Assembly: GCA_018242645.1 (NCBI GenBank)
Contig: JAFEBN010000001.1
Span: 1 to 60,824 of the forward strand
Origin: Planctomycetota bacterium
Lineage (GTDB): Bacteria; Planctomycetota; Phycisphaerae; Phycisphaerales; UBA1924
DNA: 60,824 nucleotides
Direction: 5' to 3'
Position 1 is the first letter of the stretch; each line of letters opens with the position of its first letter. This document shows positions 45,557 to 53,789 of this stretch, piece after piece. The notes beneath the pieces were generated by a model, which saw only the letters and a list, made by a program, of their open reading frames with translations, did no database searches and had not been told where the DNA came from. A program made the position numbers and the translations under genes.

Positions 45557-46111
45557 TTAAATGGCTGCGCCGGCCCAGGAGGGCGGCTCCGCAAGACTTG
45601 GGAACGGAATGGGCGCGGGCGGATCGTCGGACACCGGCGTTTTCACTTCGGTTGCCGCGAGCTCGATTGCCGCTGTTTCGGCCGCCTGGAGTTCGCCCCG
45701 CGGATCGATGCAGAAGAAGCCGCCGTCGATGCGGGCCCCGTCTTCGACAATAAGTATGCGGGCCTTGCAATCGCCTCGCCAGCGGGCGGTCTCGCCGATG
45801 ACGACGTGCCCGTGGGTTTCCACGTCGGCCTTGAGTTCGCCGAGCACCTCGACGGCGTCGCCCGCTTTCACCCCGGGAGCCCAGACGCGGCCCTTTCGTT
45901 TGATGAAGAGGATACCGGTGGTCTCAACCCGGCCGCCGGTGCGATCGTTCTCGACGATCACGTCGCGGACGGTCTGGCGCTTGTAGCAACTGGGGCAGGT
46001 CGCCGTTTCGGCCTTCTGGGCGACGTGCATGGTCGTGCGGCAGTGCACGCACAGCACGGGCCGCGTGGCCCCGGTCGATCCCGCCCCCGATTCCGCGCGA
46101 ATGCCGACCAT
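45557..46111 (-). CDS. Zinc-ribbon plus bactofilin-like beta-helix protein
   Basis: N-terminal CVHC-x16-CPSC four-Cys ribbon. Then a G/V/D-rich repeat region (GVKAGDAVEVLGELKADVETHGHVVIGETARWRGDCKARILIVEDGARIDGGF) resembling bactofilin (DUF583) windings, and a Pro-rich tail. Confidence 0.5.
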   Translation of the reverse strand: MVGIRAESGAGSTGATRPVLCVHCRTTMHVAQKAETATCPSCYKRQTVRDVIVENDRTGGRVETTGILFIKRKGRVWAPGVKAGDAVEVLGELKADVETHGHVVIGETARWRGDCKARILIVEDGARIDGGFFCIDPRGELQAAETAAIELAATEVKTPVSDDPPAPIPFPSLAEPPSWAGAAI

Positions 46112-46243
46112 GGCGCAACGACACCTTCCCGTGTCCGGCGCGCTCCGCGCTGCCGCACACGCTGAGGACCGGCGGCGTCCGCCGCCCGGCCGTGATGTCG
46201 CGAAGCCCGCCGACTCCGTCGGAGAGCGAGCTGACGCCCGGTG

Positions 46244-46705
46244 CTACTCCGCACGCGTGCCGGCCAGCCACGACGCGCCGTTATTCGCATTCGCCGTGCC
46301 AGTCGTCGCCGTTGCGCGAAGATTGCGGTTGGTCTTGAGCTCGAGCTCGGTGCCCAGGTCTTCCGAGAGCTTGACGGCGTCCGGGCCGACCTTGCAGTGG
46401 CCGATGAAGCTCGCCCCTTCGCCCACGCTGAGGCTGGCGGCGATGATGTCGCCCTTGACCTTGGCCTTGGGGGTCAGCTGGATGCGGTCACGGGCGATGA
46501 TGTCGCCTTCGATCGGGCCGTCCACGATGACGGTGCCGGCCTCGACGGTGGCCCGGCACAGGGCCGACTCGCCGATGATGACCTCGCCCTTCGCCGTGAT
46601 CTTGCCTTCAAAGCCGCCCAGGATCTTGGCCGAATTCTCGAACGAGAGCTCGCCCTTGATCTTCGCGTCCTTGCCGATAACCGTGATCTGACCTTCTTCT
46701 GCCAT
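46244..46705 (-). CDS. Bactofilin (polymer-forming cytoskeletal protein)
   Basis: TVIGKDAKIKGELSFENSAKILGGFEGKITAKGEVIIGESALCRATVEAGTVIVDGPIEGDIIARDRIQLTPKAKVKGDIIAASLSVGEGASFIG is a typical bactofilin beta-helix repeat pattern. Start at ATG 46705 (MAEEGQ). The upstream part of the 531-aa track ORF is Arg-rich shadow sequence. Confidence 0.85.
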   Translation of the reverse strand: MAEEGQITVIGKDAKIKGELSFENSAKILGGFEGKITAKGEVIIGESALCRATVEAGTVIVDGPIEGDIIARDRIQLTPKAKVKGDIIAASLSVGEGASFIGHCKVGPDAVKLSEDLGTELELKTNRNLRATATTGTANANNGASWLAGTRAE

Positions 46706-46951
46706 GGGTCGTGCTCCGCCGTCCCCGGGTCCCGTTGTCGGCCCAGACCCGTTTCCCGATCCATCGGGGGGCTGGTCCGTCGATGTCTTGCCGACGCGAC
46801 GTATCGCGTCCTCGAAGTATCGGCGAGTTCTACCGGAGTTCACCAGAATTGCGCGATCCCGGCGCAGAGTCTGCCCGCTCAACAGTTTGCAGCCCCGCCC
46901 CCGGACGGACGAAACAATGTGCACCCACACCTCTGACCGGAGCCTGCCCCG

Positions 46952-47923
46952 ATGATCCCCTGGATTCTGATCGCGACCGGCCTTGTGCTTCAACAGCCTG
47001 CCGTCGGCCCGGCGGAGCCGCCCGCCAACCCAACGCCGGTCCCACCCACGCCATCGCCCGCCGCCACCCCTCAGCCGGCGCCGAGAACCCGGGAAACGGC
47101 TCCAGCGGCGGAAGGCATGGTCGACTTGAAACCGGTCTTCCAGGCCGGCGACACGATGAAGATCCGGTGGACCACCGACACCGTTGATGTACGCGACGGA
47201 GACAAGCTGTCGCCTCAGCAGCGCCGCAGCACGAGCCACACCGAGCTGACGTTCACCGTGAAGATCGAAGAGGTATTTCCCGACCGGGTTTACCGGTGCT
47301 CGGCGACAATGAATCGCGTGATCATCGAAGCGCCCTCGCCTTCGGGCTTCGAGCGCTACGACAGTGCGGACCCGGCGCTGGCCGGCTCGGTCTTTGCGAC
47401 CGTCGCGCAGATTCTCGTGAAGAAACCGATCGAGTTCGCGATCTCCGGGCAGACGCTTTCGTTTTACCGGAAAGAGCATCCGCGACTGCGGACGTGGTAC
47501 AGCGAGGGCGTCAATCTCCTCGACAACACCTTCGGCGACCAGGCGTTTCCTGCGCGCTTCGGGGTGCTTTTCGGCTGGGGAATCGATGAGGCCAAGGTCG
47601 GCCAGTCGTGGAAGGACAAGCTCCCCGTCCGCGTGAACTCGGGCTTTGCGATCGACACCGAGCGGACGTTCACGCTGCTTGGCGACGACGGCGTGACGAT
47701 GCGCATCGGGGTCAAGGGTGTCGGCCTGGGTGCGCCGGATGCCGCGAAGCGGGCGCAGACGTTCGAGAAAAGCACATACGAGGGAACGTACACCGTGAAC
47801 ACGGCCTCGGCCCGCATCCGCTCGGGCGAGATCACGCATCTTTACGTGATGAATTACACGTGGCAGGGCAAGCCCGCGAGCATCACGAGCACGGTGACGG
47901 AGAAGATCGAGCGCCTCGAGTGA
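46952..47923 (+). CDS. Hypothetical secreted/anchored protein (Pro-rich linker plus beta-rich domain)
   Basis: Hydrophobic N-terminus MIPWILIATGLVLQQP, a Pro/Ala/Thr linker, then balanced K/E/T/F/Y composition. The opposite-strand ORF here is Arg-rich. No family recognised. Confidence 0.6.
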   Translation: MIPWILIATGLVLQQPAVGPAEPPANPTPVPPTPSPAATPQPAPRTRETAPAAEGMVDLKPVFQAGDTMKIRWTTDTVDVRDGDKLSPQQRRSTSHTELTFTVKIEEVFPDRVYRCSATMNRVIIEAPSPSGFERYDSADPALAGSVFATVAQILVKKPIEFAISGQTLSFYRKEHPRLRTWYSEGVNLLDNTFGDQAFPARFGVLFGWGIDEAKVGQSWKDKLPVRVNSGFAIDTERTFTLLGDDGVTMRIGVKGVGLGAPDAAKRAQTFEKSTYEGTYTVNTASARIRSGEITHLYVMNYTWQGKPASITSTVTEKIERLE

Positions 47924-49190
47924 AATCGCCGGGGGTCGAGCGATCGATCAGCGTGAGCCACGTGAGCCAAAGGTAAAACAACATCGTCATGATCGGGCGA
48001 ACCAGCAGGTCCTTGCTGCCCTGCGCGACCTGGGCGTAGCGTCCGGTGCGGGGCATCAGTTCGTGCACGAAGATCATCAGGATCCCCATGGCGATGATGC
48101 CGAAGCCCGCGGCACGCCGCCACGCGGGCTTCTTCTCGTCCGCGGCTTCGAAAAGCCCGAAGAGCGCGACCGCGGGGGCGACAATCACGTAGGTGAGCCC
48201 TTCGGTGCGCGGGTTGAACAGCATCAGATAAGCGGTTCCCAACGCCCACATGAGCAGTGTGCCGCGGAAAGCCCCGTGACGCACGAGGGCGACAAAGCTC
48301 AGACCGAGCGTGATCAGTGCGGCAGCGGCTCGCCACAAGGTGCGCTGCGCGTTATTGAGATCCCGGCCGAACCACCAGAGCACGGTGGAAAACTCGGCGA
48401 ATCGGCGTTCGAGAGGCAGCGTGGCGCGGAGCACGGTATTCCAGAACGTTTGATACTCCGCCCACGCATAGTGCGGATCGCGGATCGAGAATAGGAACGG
48501 GACAAAGAACACGCAAAGGCTGACGATCGGCACGCGCCACCACATCGCAGGGAAAAGGGCGATGGCGAGCAGCACGGGCGCGACAGCGATTGGCTTGAGC
48601 AGGATGGAAACGACAAGCCAGATCGCCGCGGACCACCAGCGTCGCTCGATGAGGCTGCAAACAGCGAGGATGATCGTGCCGGCGAGCGGGAGGTTGTATT
48701 GCCCGTTGATGGCGTTGCCGGCGCCGACGCCGATGGTGATCGCGCTGACGGCGAAGAAATACTCGTTCCAGGGTGTCGTGCTGGTGAGGCGCGTGATCCG
48801 CCAGACCGACCACGCGGTGAGCGCGATGATCGCGATGCGGTTGAGGCTTTCGCCCAGCCAGAGCGGGAGCATCTGGAAGGGCGTGTAGAAAAGCGCTGCG
48901 TGAGGCAGATAGATGAAGCCGTTGTAGAGGTCGTCGTACATCTCGCGGCCCGACCACCAGGCGGCGCACGCGCCGCGGTAGCATGCCGAGACCGAGTTCT
49001 TTTCCGGGTGCAGGCCGACCCGCACCGCCACAACGATCGCGAAGATGATCCACAGAGCCCAACCGACGGTGACAAAGGGTTTGCCGAGGGGCGCGAGCAG
49101 CAAGCTGCGGCGACCAAGCTCGGCGGGCGTTGTGAGCGTCGGGCTGGACATGGGCGAAAGGGTAGTGAAGCGCTTTGTGCCGCGACTCAT
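47883..49190 (-). CDS. Polytopic GT-C-type membrane glycosyltransferase (DUF2029 / GT87-like)
   Basis: About 11 TM helices. The N-terminal loop YDDLYNGFIYLPHAALFYTPF and the later LLKPIAVAPVLLAIALF resemble DUF2029/GT87 proteins (from memory). ATG 49190 overlaps the stop of the upstream deacetylase gene (ATGA). An alternative ATG is at 49151. Confidence 0.65.
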   Translation of the reverse strand: MSRGTKRFTTLSPMSSPTLTTPAELGRRSLLLAPLGKPFVTVGWALWIIFAIVVAVRVGLHPEKNSVSACYRGACAAWWSGREMYDDLYNGFIYLPHAALFYTPFQMLPLWLGESLNRIAIIALTAWSVWRITRLTSTTPWNEYFFAVSAITIGVGAGNAINGQYNLPLAGTIILAVCSLIERRWWSAAIWLVVSILLKPIAVAPVLLAIALFPAMWWRVPIVSLCVFFVPFLFSIRDPHYAWAEYQTFWNTVLRATLPLERRFAEFSTVLWWFGRDLNNAQRTLWRAAAALITLGLSFVALVRHGAFRGTLLMWALGTAYLMLFNPRTEGLTYVIVAPAVALFGLFEAADEKKPAWRRAAGFGIIAMGILMIFVHELMPRTGRYAQVAQGSKDLLVRPIMTMLFYLWLTWLTLIDRSTPGDFTRGARSSPSPCS

Positions 49191-49981
49191 TCCCGGCGCA
49201 GTTGCTCGGCGAACTGGGCATAGGTCTGGAATCGCGTTCGAGCGCTTAGCCATCGGAGGTGCTCACGGAGGCGGCTCATCATCGATTCACCGCTGCAGCG
49301 GGCGATCGCTTTGGGGAGCGAGAAACCGGTGTTGTCCATGAGTTCCCAGGGGTGGAAGTAAAGTGCCGCGGCACGATCGGCACGCAGAACCCAGCTCGTC
49401 GTCAACCGGCTGAGCCATCGAGGCTGATTCTTGAACGCAAGCCAGAAGAGCGGCCAGCGAATCACGGGCGTGGCGCTGAGCGGGATGCGCACAAAGCCGT
49501 CCTCGACACGTGCGCGCCTCGACTCGAAGAACCGGTTGTAGCGGCCCGGCAGCCAGATCGGATTGACCGACGAGTCGTAGCTGTATCCGGCCTCGCGCAG
49601 TTTCGCGAGATCGACCGGCGCCATCCGGGGCATGCGGAACCCGGTCACGGGCACACCCGCGACCTGCTCGAGAACGTCCTTGCTTTCCCGGAGATGCGCC
49701 GGTTCAAAGCGCGAGTGATACAGCGCGTGGCTGGCGATCTCGTGACCTTCCCGAACCGCCCGCCGGATGAGTTCCGGTCGCCGCAAGGCGAGCACGCCGG
49801 TTGTGAAGAAAGTCGCCCGAATACCGAATTCCGCGAGCAACTCGAGCGAGCGCTCCGTGCCGTCGGCGCCGATGCGAAACTGCTCGTCTTCGCTCAGCGA
49901 TCGCCCGAATTCCAGTGGGATATCGAACTCTTCGGCATCGAAACTGAGCAGCACCGCGGGTCGTTCATCGCTTGGCATCAT
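49187..49981 (-). CDS. Polysaccharide deacetylase (NodB/CE4 superfamily)
   Basis: VLLSFDAEEFD, IRATFFTTG, HEIASHALYH and GFRMP blocks correspond to CE4 motifs. ATG 49981 overlaps the GT2 stop (ATGA). Confidence 0.8.
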   Translation of the reverse strand: MMPSDERPAVLLSFDAEEFDIPLEFGRSLSEDEQFRIGADGTERSLELLAEFGIRATFFTTGVLALRRPELIRRAVREGHEIASHALYHSRFEPAHLRESKDVLEQVAGVPVTGFRMPRMAPVDLAKLREAGYSYDSSVNPIWLPGRYNRFFESRRARVEDGFVRIPLSATPVIRWPLFWLAFKNQPRWLSRLTTSWVLRADRAAALYFHPWELMDNTGFSLPKAIARCSGESMMSRLREHLRWLSARTRFQTYAQFAEQLRRE

Positions 49982-50937
49982 GCGCCCCGTCGGTGCAGGC
50001 TGCCGGGCATCCGCACATCGCCCAGGTCGCGTTGATCCAGGCGATAAAGCCCCAGGATCTTGTTCACCCGGATGCGGCACAGGCTCCAGAACATGCGGAG
50101 CGGATCACGGATCAGGTTCACGGTCGAGGAGCTGTTGCGGTGCGACGCGTCCACATATGCCGGAATCTCGGCGATTGAATACCCGAGCTTGCGGGCCACG
50201 TAGAGCACTTCAACATCGAACGAAAAATCGGCGATGCGCACGCGCGAGAAGACATCGTGCGCCGCCCGCGAGCGGAAACCCTTCAGGCCCGCTTGCGTGT
50301 CCCGGTAGCGGATGCTGAGCACGATCCCGGCGAGATAGTTGAATACGCGTCCCATGATGTTGCGCAGGGGCCTCGCGCCGTACCCCTCGTCGTGACCCAG
50401 GCGCGACCCGATGACCACATCCGCAGACTGAAGACGCTCGAACAGCCGCACCAGGTGATCGAGCGAGTACGCCAGGTCGCCATCTGTGAATATGAAATAG
50501 TCCGCGTCGTTCTCGAGCGCCGCGACCCGCACGGCGTGCCCCTTGCCGGCGTTGGGCGCATAGCTGATGATGCTGAAGCGCTTCGCGGTCTCGGGCTCCA
50601 CGATCTCGATCGCGGCGAGGCGCTTGCGGAGAATCGCCGACGTGTTGTCCGTCGAGCCGTCGTCGACGAAAAGGAATTCCCAATTCGGCACGCGCGGCGC
50701 GAACGCGATCAGCTCGTCCAGCACGCGGTTCGCATCGGCACCCGCGTTGTAGAGCGGCAGCGCCACGCACGCCCGGGGGCCGTTGAACAGTCCCGGCGGC
50801 GGCACGTCCGATCCCTCGGTGGATCCCGGCGAGGACTCCACCGGCTCGCGTTCTCCCCGGATCACTTCGACCAGCTCCCGCGCGACATCGCTGCCCAGGA
50901 CGGGCGACGACTCGTACTGGTTCGATGATTCGGCCAC
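49978..50937 (-). CDS. Family 2 glycosyltransferase (polyprenyl-phosphate sugar synthase-like)
   Basis: VALPLYNAG...EFLFVDDGSTDNT, NAGKGHAV, FTDGDLAY and FSFDVE blocks typical of Dpm1/ALG5/ArnC-like GT2 enzymes. GTG start at 50937 lies 4 nt downstream of GGAGA. Confidence 0.82.
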   Translation of the reverse strand: MAESSNQYESSPVLGSDVARELVEVIRGEREPVESSPGSTEGSDVPPPGLFNGPRACVALPLYNAGADANRVLDELIAFAPRVPNWEFLFVDDGSTDNTSAILRKRLAAIEIVEPETAKRFSIISYAPNAGKGHAVRVAALENDADYFIFTDGDLAYSLDHLVRLFERLQSADVVIGSRLGHDEGYGARPLRNIMGRVFNYLAGIVLSIRYRDTQAGLKGFRSRAAHDVFSRVRIADFSFDVEVLYVARKLGYSIAEIPAYVDASHRNSSSTVNLIRDPLRMFWSLCRIRVNKILGLYRLDQRDLGDVRMPGSLHRRGA

Positions 50938-50984
50938 GCGTTCTCCGTTGGAAAAGCTGCCTCGACGCCGCGCATTCTAGGAAT

Positions 50985-51461
50985 TCACGTCCCCTCCGCC
51001 GGTGCCGCGTGGGCCGGCACCGGCGCATCGATCGCACCGGGTTTCACGCCCAGTTCCTTCTGGATCCCTTCGAGCATCAGACGACTGACAGCGTTGTCGC
51101 CCCAGAAACCCACGCGGATCGAGAGCCCGGTAACCGTGTCGCTGCTTTTCTTGAATTTCACGACGATGCTGCTCCCGTCGGCCTGCGAACTCAGCAACTG
51201 GGCGTAATGCGGCCCGATGTCCTCGCGCGTGATGGCGTATCCCAGCTTCACCAGTGTGCGCCGTGCGGCATCGACCACCTCGTCCATCGGACGATCAAAG
51301 GCCGCCTGCAGCGTTCCCTGGATGAAACTGCTGGTGCCGGCTTGGGCAACACCCAATCCAGCGTTGGCCGCGAAGTCGAACGGCGTCACGCAGCCACTCA
51401 AGGCGGCCACGCCGGCGATCGAGAGGCAGCTTGTCGCAAGAAAAAGACGCATCCGCGTCAT
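50985..51461 (-). CDS. Small lipoprotein (possibly DUF3568-like)
   Basis: Lipobox MTRMRLFLATSCLSIAGVAALSGC; 158 aa. ATG 51461 overlaps the acs stop (ATGA at 51461-51458). The family assignment is tentative and from memory. Confidence 0.6.
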   Translation of the reverse strand: MTRMRLFLATSCLSIAGVAALSGCVTPFDFAANAGLGVAQAGTSSFIQGTLQAAFDRPMDEVVDAARRTLVKLGYAITREDIGPHYAQLLSSQADGSSIVVKFKKSSDTVTGLSIRVGFWGDNAVSRLMLEGIQKELGVKPGAIDAPVPAHAAPAEGT

Positions 51462-53575
51462 TCTTCGTCGGCACGGAGCTTCGCCACGACTGAGAAATCC
51501 TCGAGCGTGGTCGTGTCCTGCGTGATCTTCTCGACGCCCGCGGCCACATCGCGTAGCAGCCGCCGCATGATCTTGCCGCTGCGGGTCTTGGGCAGGCCCT
51601 CGGCGAAGCGGATCTGATCGGGCTTGGCGAGGGCGCCGACTTCCTTGGCGACGTGCGCCGTGAGTTCGGCACGCAAGGCATCGTCGGGCTGGCGGCCGGG
51701 GTTCTTGGTGGCCCACGAGCCTTTCAGCGTCACAAACGCCGCGATGCCGTTGCCCTTGATCTCGTGAGGAACGCCCACCACCGCGGCCTCGGCGACGGCG
51801 GGATGGCTGACCAGCGCGCTCTCCACTTCCATCGTGCCGAGCAAGTGGCCGCTGACCTTGATCACGTCGTCGACGCGGCCCTGCACCCAGAAGTAGCCAT
51901 CCTCGTCGCGGCGTGCGCCGTCGGCGCTGAAGTAGTACGGCGTGCCGGTCTTGGGGTCCTTGAGGCGGCCCCAGTAGTTGCTGATGAAACGCTCGCGGTT
52001 GCCGTAGACACCTCGGAGCATGCCGGGCCAGGGCTTGCGGATACAGAAGAGCCCGCCCTGATTCGCGCCGAGTTCTTCGCCCTGCTCGTTGACGATCGCG
52101 GCGTCGATCCCGAGCATCGGCAGCGTGCACGAGCCGGGCTTGGTCGGCGTCGCGCCGGGAAGGGGCGTGCAGACGTGGCCGCCGGTTTCAGTCTGCCAGT
52201 AGGTGTCGACGATCGGGCAGCGCTTGCGGCCGATGTGCTCGTGGTACCAGATCCACGCCTCGGGATTGATCGGTTCACCCACGGTGCCGAGCAAGCGGAG
52301 CGAGGAGAGGTCGTACTTCTCCGGCCACTCGGTGCCCCACTTCATGAACGTGCGGATGGCGGTCGGGGCGGTGTAGAACTGCGTGACCTTGTGGCGGGCG
52401 ATGATGTCCCAGAAGCGGCCGTTGTCCGGGAAGTTCGGTGCGCCCTCGAATAGCAGCGTGGGCACACGGTTCATCAAGAGGCCGTAGAGCACATAGGAGT
52501 GCCCGGTGATCCAGCCGATGTCGGCGGAGCACCAGAACATCTGGCTGGTGTCGGGGACGAGGTTGAAGGTGACGCGGGCGGTGGTGTTGACGAAGGTGAG
52601 GTAGCCGCCGGTGGTGTGCTGGATGCCCTTGGGCTTGCCGGTCGAGCCGCTGGTGTAGAGCAGGAAGAGCATGTCTTCCGAATCCATGACCTCGCAGGGA
52701 CACGCGTCGGAGACGCGTGCCACCAGATCATGCCACCAGTGGAACTTGGTGGGCGGATGAATGCTGGTGGCCTTCACATTCGCGGGCGTGGTGCCGCTCT
52801 CGAAGCGCGTGCTCGGCGGCTCGTGGCCGGTGCGCTTGAGCACGAGCACGTGGTTGATGATGTGCCCGTGGTTGGCGAGCTGGTTGACGGCTTCTTCGAC
52901 GTTCTTCTGCAGCGGCACGACCTCGCCGCGCCGGTAGCCGCCGTCGGCGGTGATGATGACGCGGCTGTGTGCGTCCATGGCGCGCTCGCTGATGGCGTGC
53001 GGGGCGAAGCCGCCGAAGATCACGCTGTGGGCCGCCCCGATGCGGGCGCAGGCGAGGATCGCGACCACCAACTCAGGCACCATCGGCATGTAGATGGTGA
53101 CGACATCGCCCTTCTTGACGCCCAGGTGCTTGAGCGCGTTGGCGACGCGGCTGGTCTGCTCCTGAAGCTCGCGATAGGTGACGCGTTTGATCTCGGGCTC
53201 GCTCGCGTACTTGCTGGCCGCGGTGGGATGGCTGGTGCGGGGCGCCATCGGCTCGCCTTCCCAGACCAGGGCGCAGCAGTCGCCATGGCCGGATTGGACG
53301 TGGCGATCGACGCAGTTGTAACAGGCATTGAGCTTGCCGTTGACGAACCACTTGGCGTCGGGTGCCTCCCACGAGAGCACGTGGTCCCAGTGCTGGAACC
53401 ACGCGAGCTTCTGGGCTTCCTCGGCCCAGAAGGCCTCGGGATCCTGGATCGAGCGCGCGTGCAGCCTCCGGTACTCGTCGAGTGAACCGATATGCCACTT
53501 GCCGAACCCCAAGGTCTCGGCGGCAACAGGCGGGAAGGTGCGGGTTTCTTTGAGAAGCGTCTGAACGTTCGTCAT
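51458..53575 (-). CDS. acs: Acetyl-CoA synthetase (AMP-forming)
   Basis: Aligns by eye along its full length with E. coli Acs: WFVNGKLNACYNCVDRH, YTSGSTGKPKG, WCSADIGWITGHSY, GEPINPEAW, DTYWQTETGG, SGHLLGTMEVESAL and PKTRSGKIMRR. Two insertions of about 16-20 aa relative to E. coli account for the 705 aa. Confidence 0.95.
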   Translation of the reverse strand: MTNVQTLLKETRTFPPVAAETLGFGKWHIGSLDEYRRLHARSIQDPEAFWAEEAQKLAWFQHWDHVLSWEAPDAKWFVNGKLNACYNCVDRHVQSGHGDCCALVWEGEPMAPRTSHPTAASKYASEPEIKRVTYRELQEQTSRVANALKHLGVKKGDVVTIYMPMVPELVVAILACARIGAAHSVIFGGFAPHAISERAMDAHSRVIITADGGYRRGEVVPLQKNVEEAVNQLANHGHIINHVLVLKRTGHEPPSTRFESGTTPANVKATSIHPPTKFHWWHDLVARVSDACPCEVMDSEDMLFLLYTSGSTGKPKGIQHTTGGYLTFVNTTARVTFNLVPDTSQMFWCSADIGWITGHSYVLYGLLMNRVPTLLFEGAPNFPDNGRFWDIIARHKVTQFYTAPTAIRTFMKWGTEWPEKYDLSSLRLLGTVGEPINPEAWIWYHEHIGRKRCPIVDTYWQTETGGHVCTPLPGATPTKPGSCTLPMLGIDAAIVNEQGEELGANQGGLFCIRKPWPGMLRGVYGNRERFISNYWGRLKDPKTGTPYYFSADGARRDEDGYFWVQGRVDDVIKVSGHLLGTMEVESALVSHPAVAEAAVVGVPHEIKGNGIAAFVTLKGSWATKNPGRQPDDALRAELTAHVAKEVGALAKPDQIRFAEGLPKTRSGKIMRRLLRDVAAGVEKITQDTTTLEDFSVVAKLRADEE

Positions 53576-53789
53576 GGCGGGTGGATGCTCAAGGGGGGTG
53601 TCAGGGCCCCACAGAATAACCCAGCTATCGCCCCAAGCCCCCTCCGACTGTGTCCCGAACAGATCAGAAGAATTTCATCGATCGGAGCCGATTTCCGCTT
53701 CCCGGGTGCAAGAAAGCGCCAACTTCGGGGAAGATGGTGCGGGCCTTCGGTGCGCGCCCGCGTCCCGAGGCCGTCTTTGAGGAGGTCGC

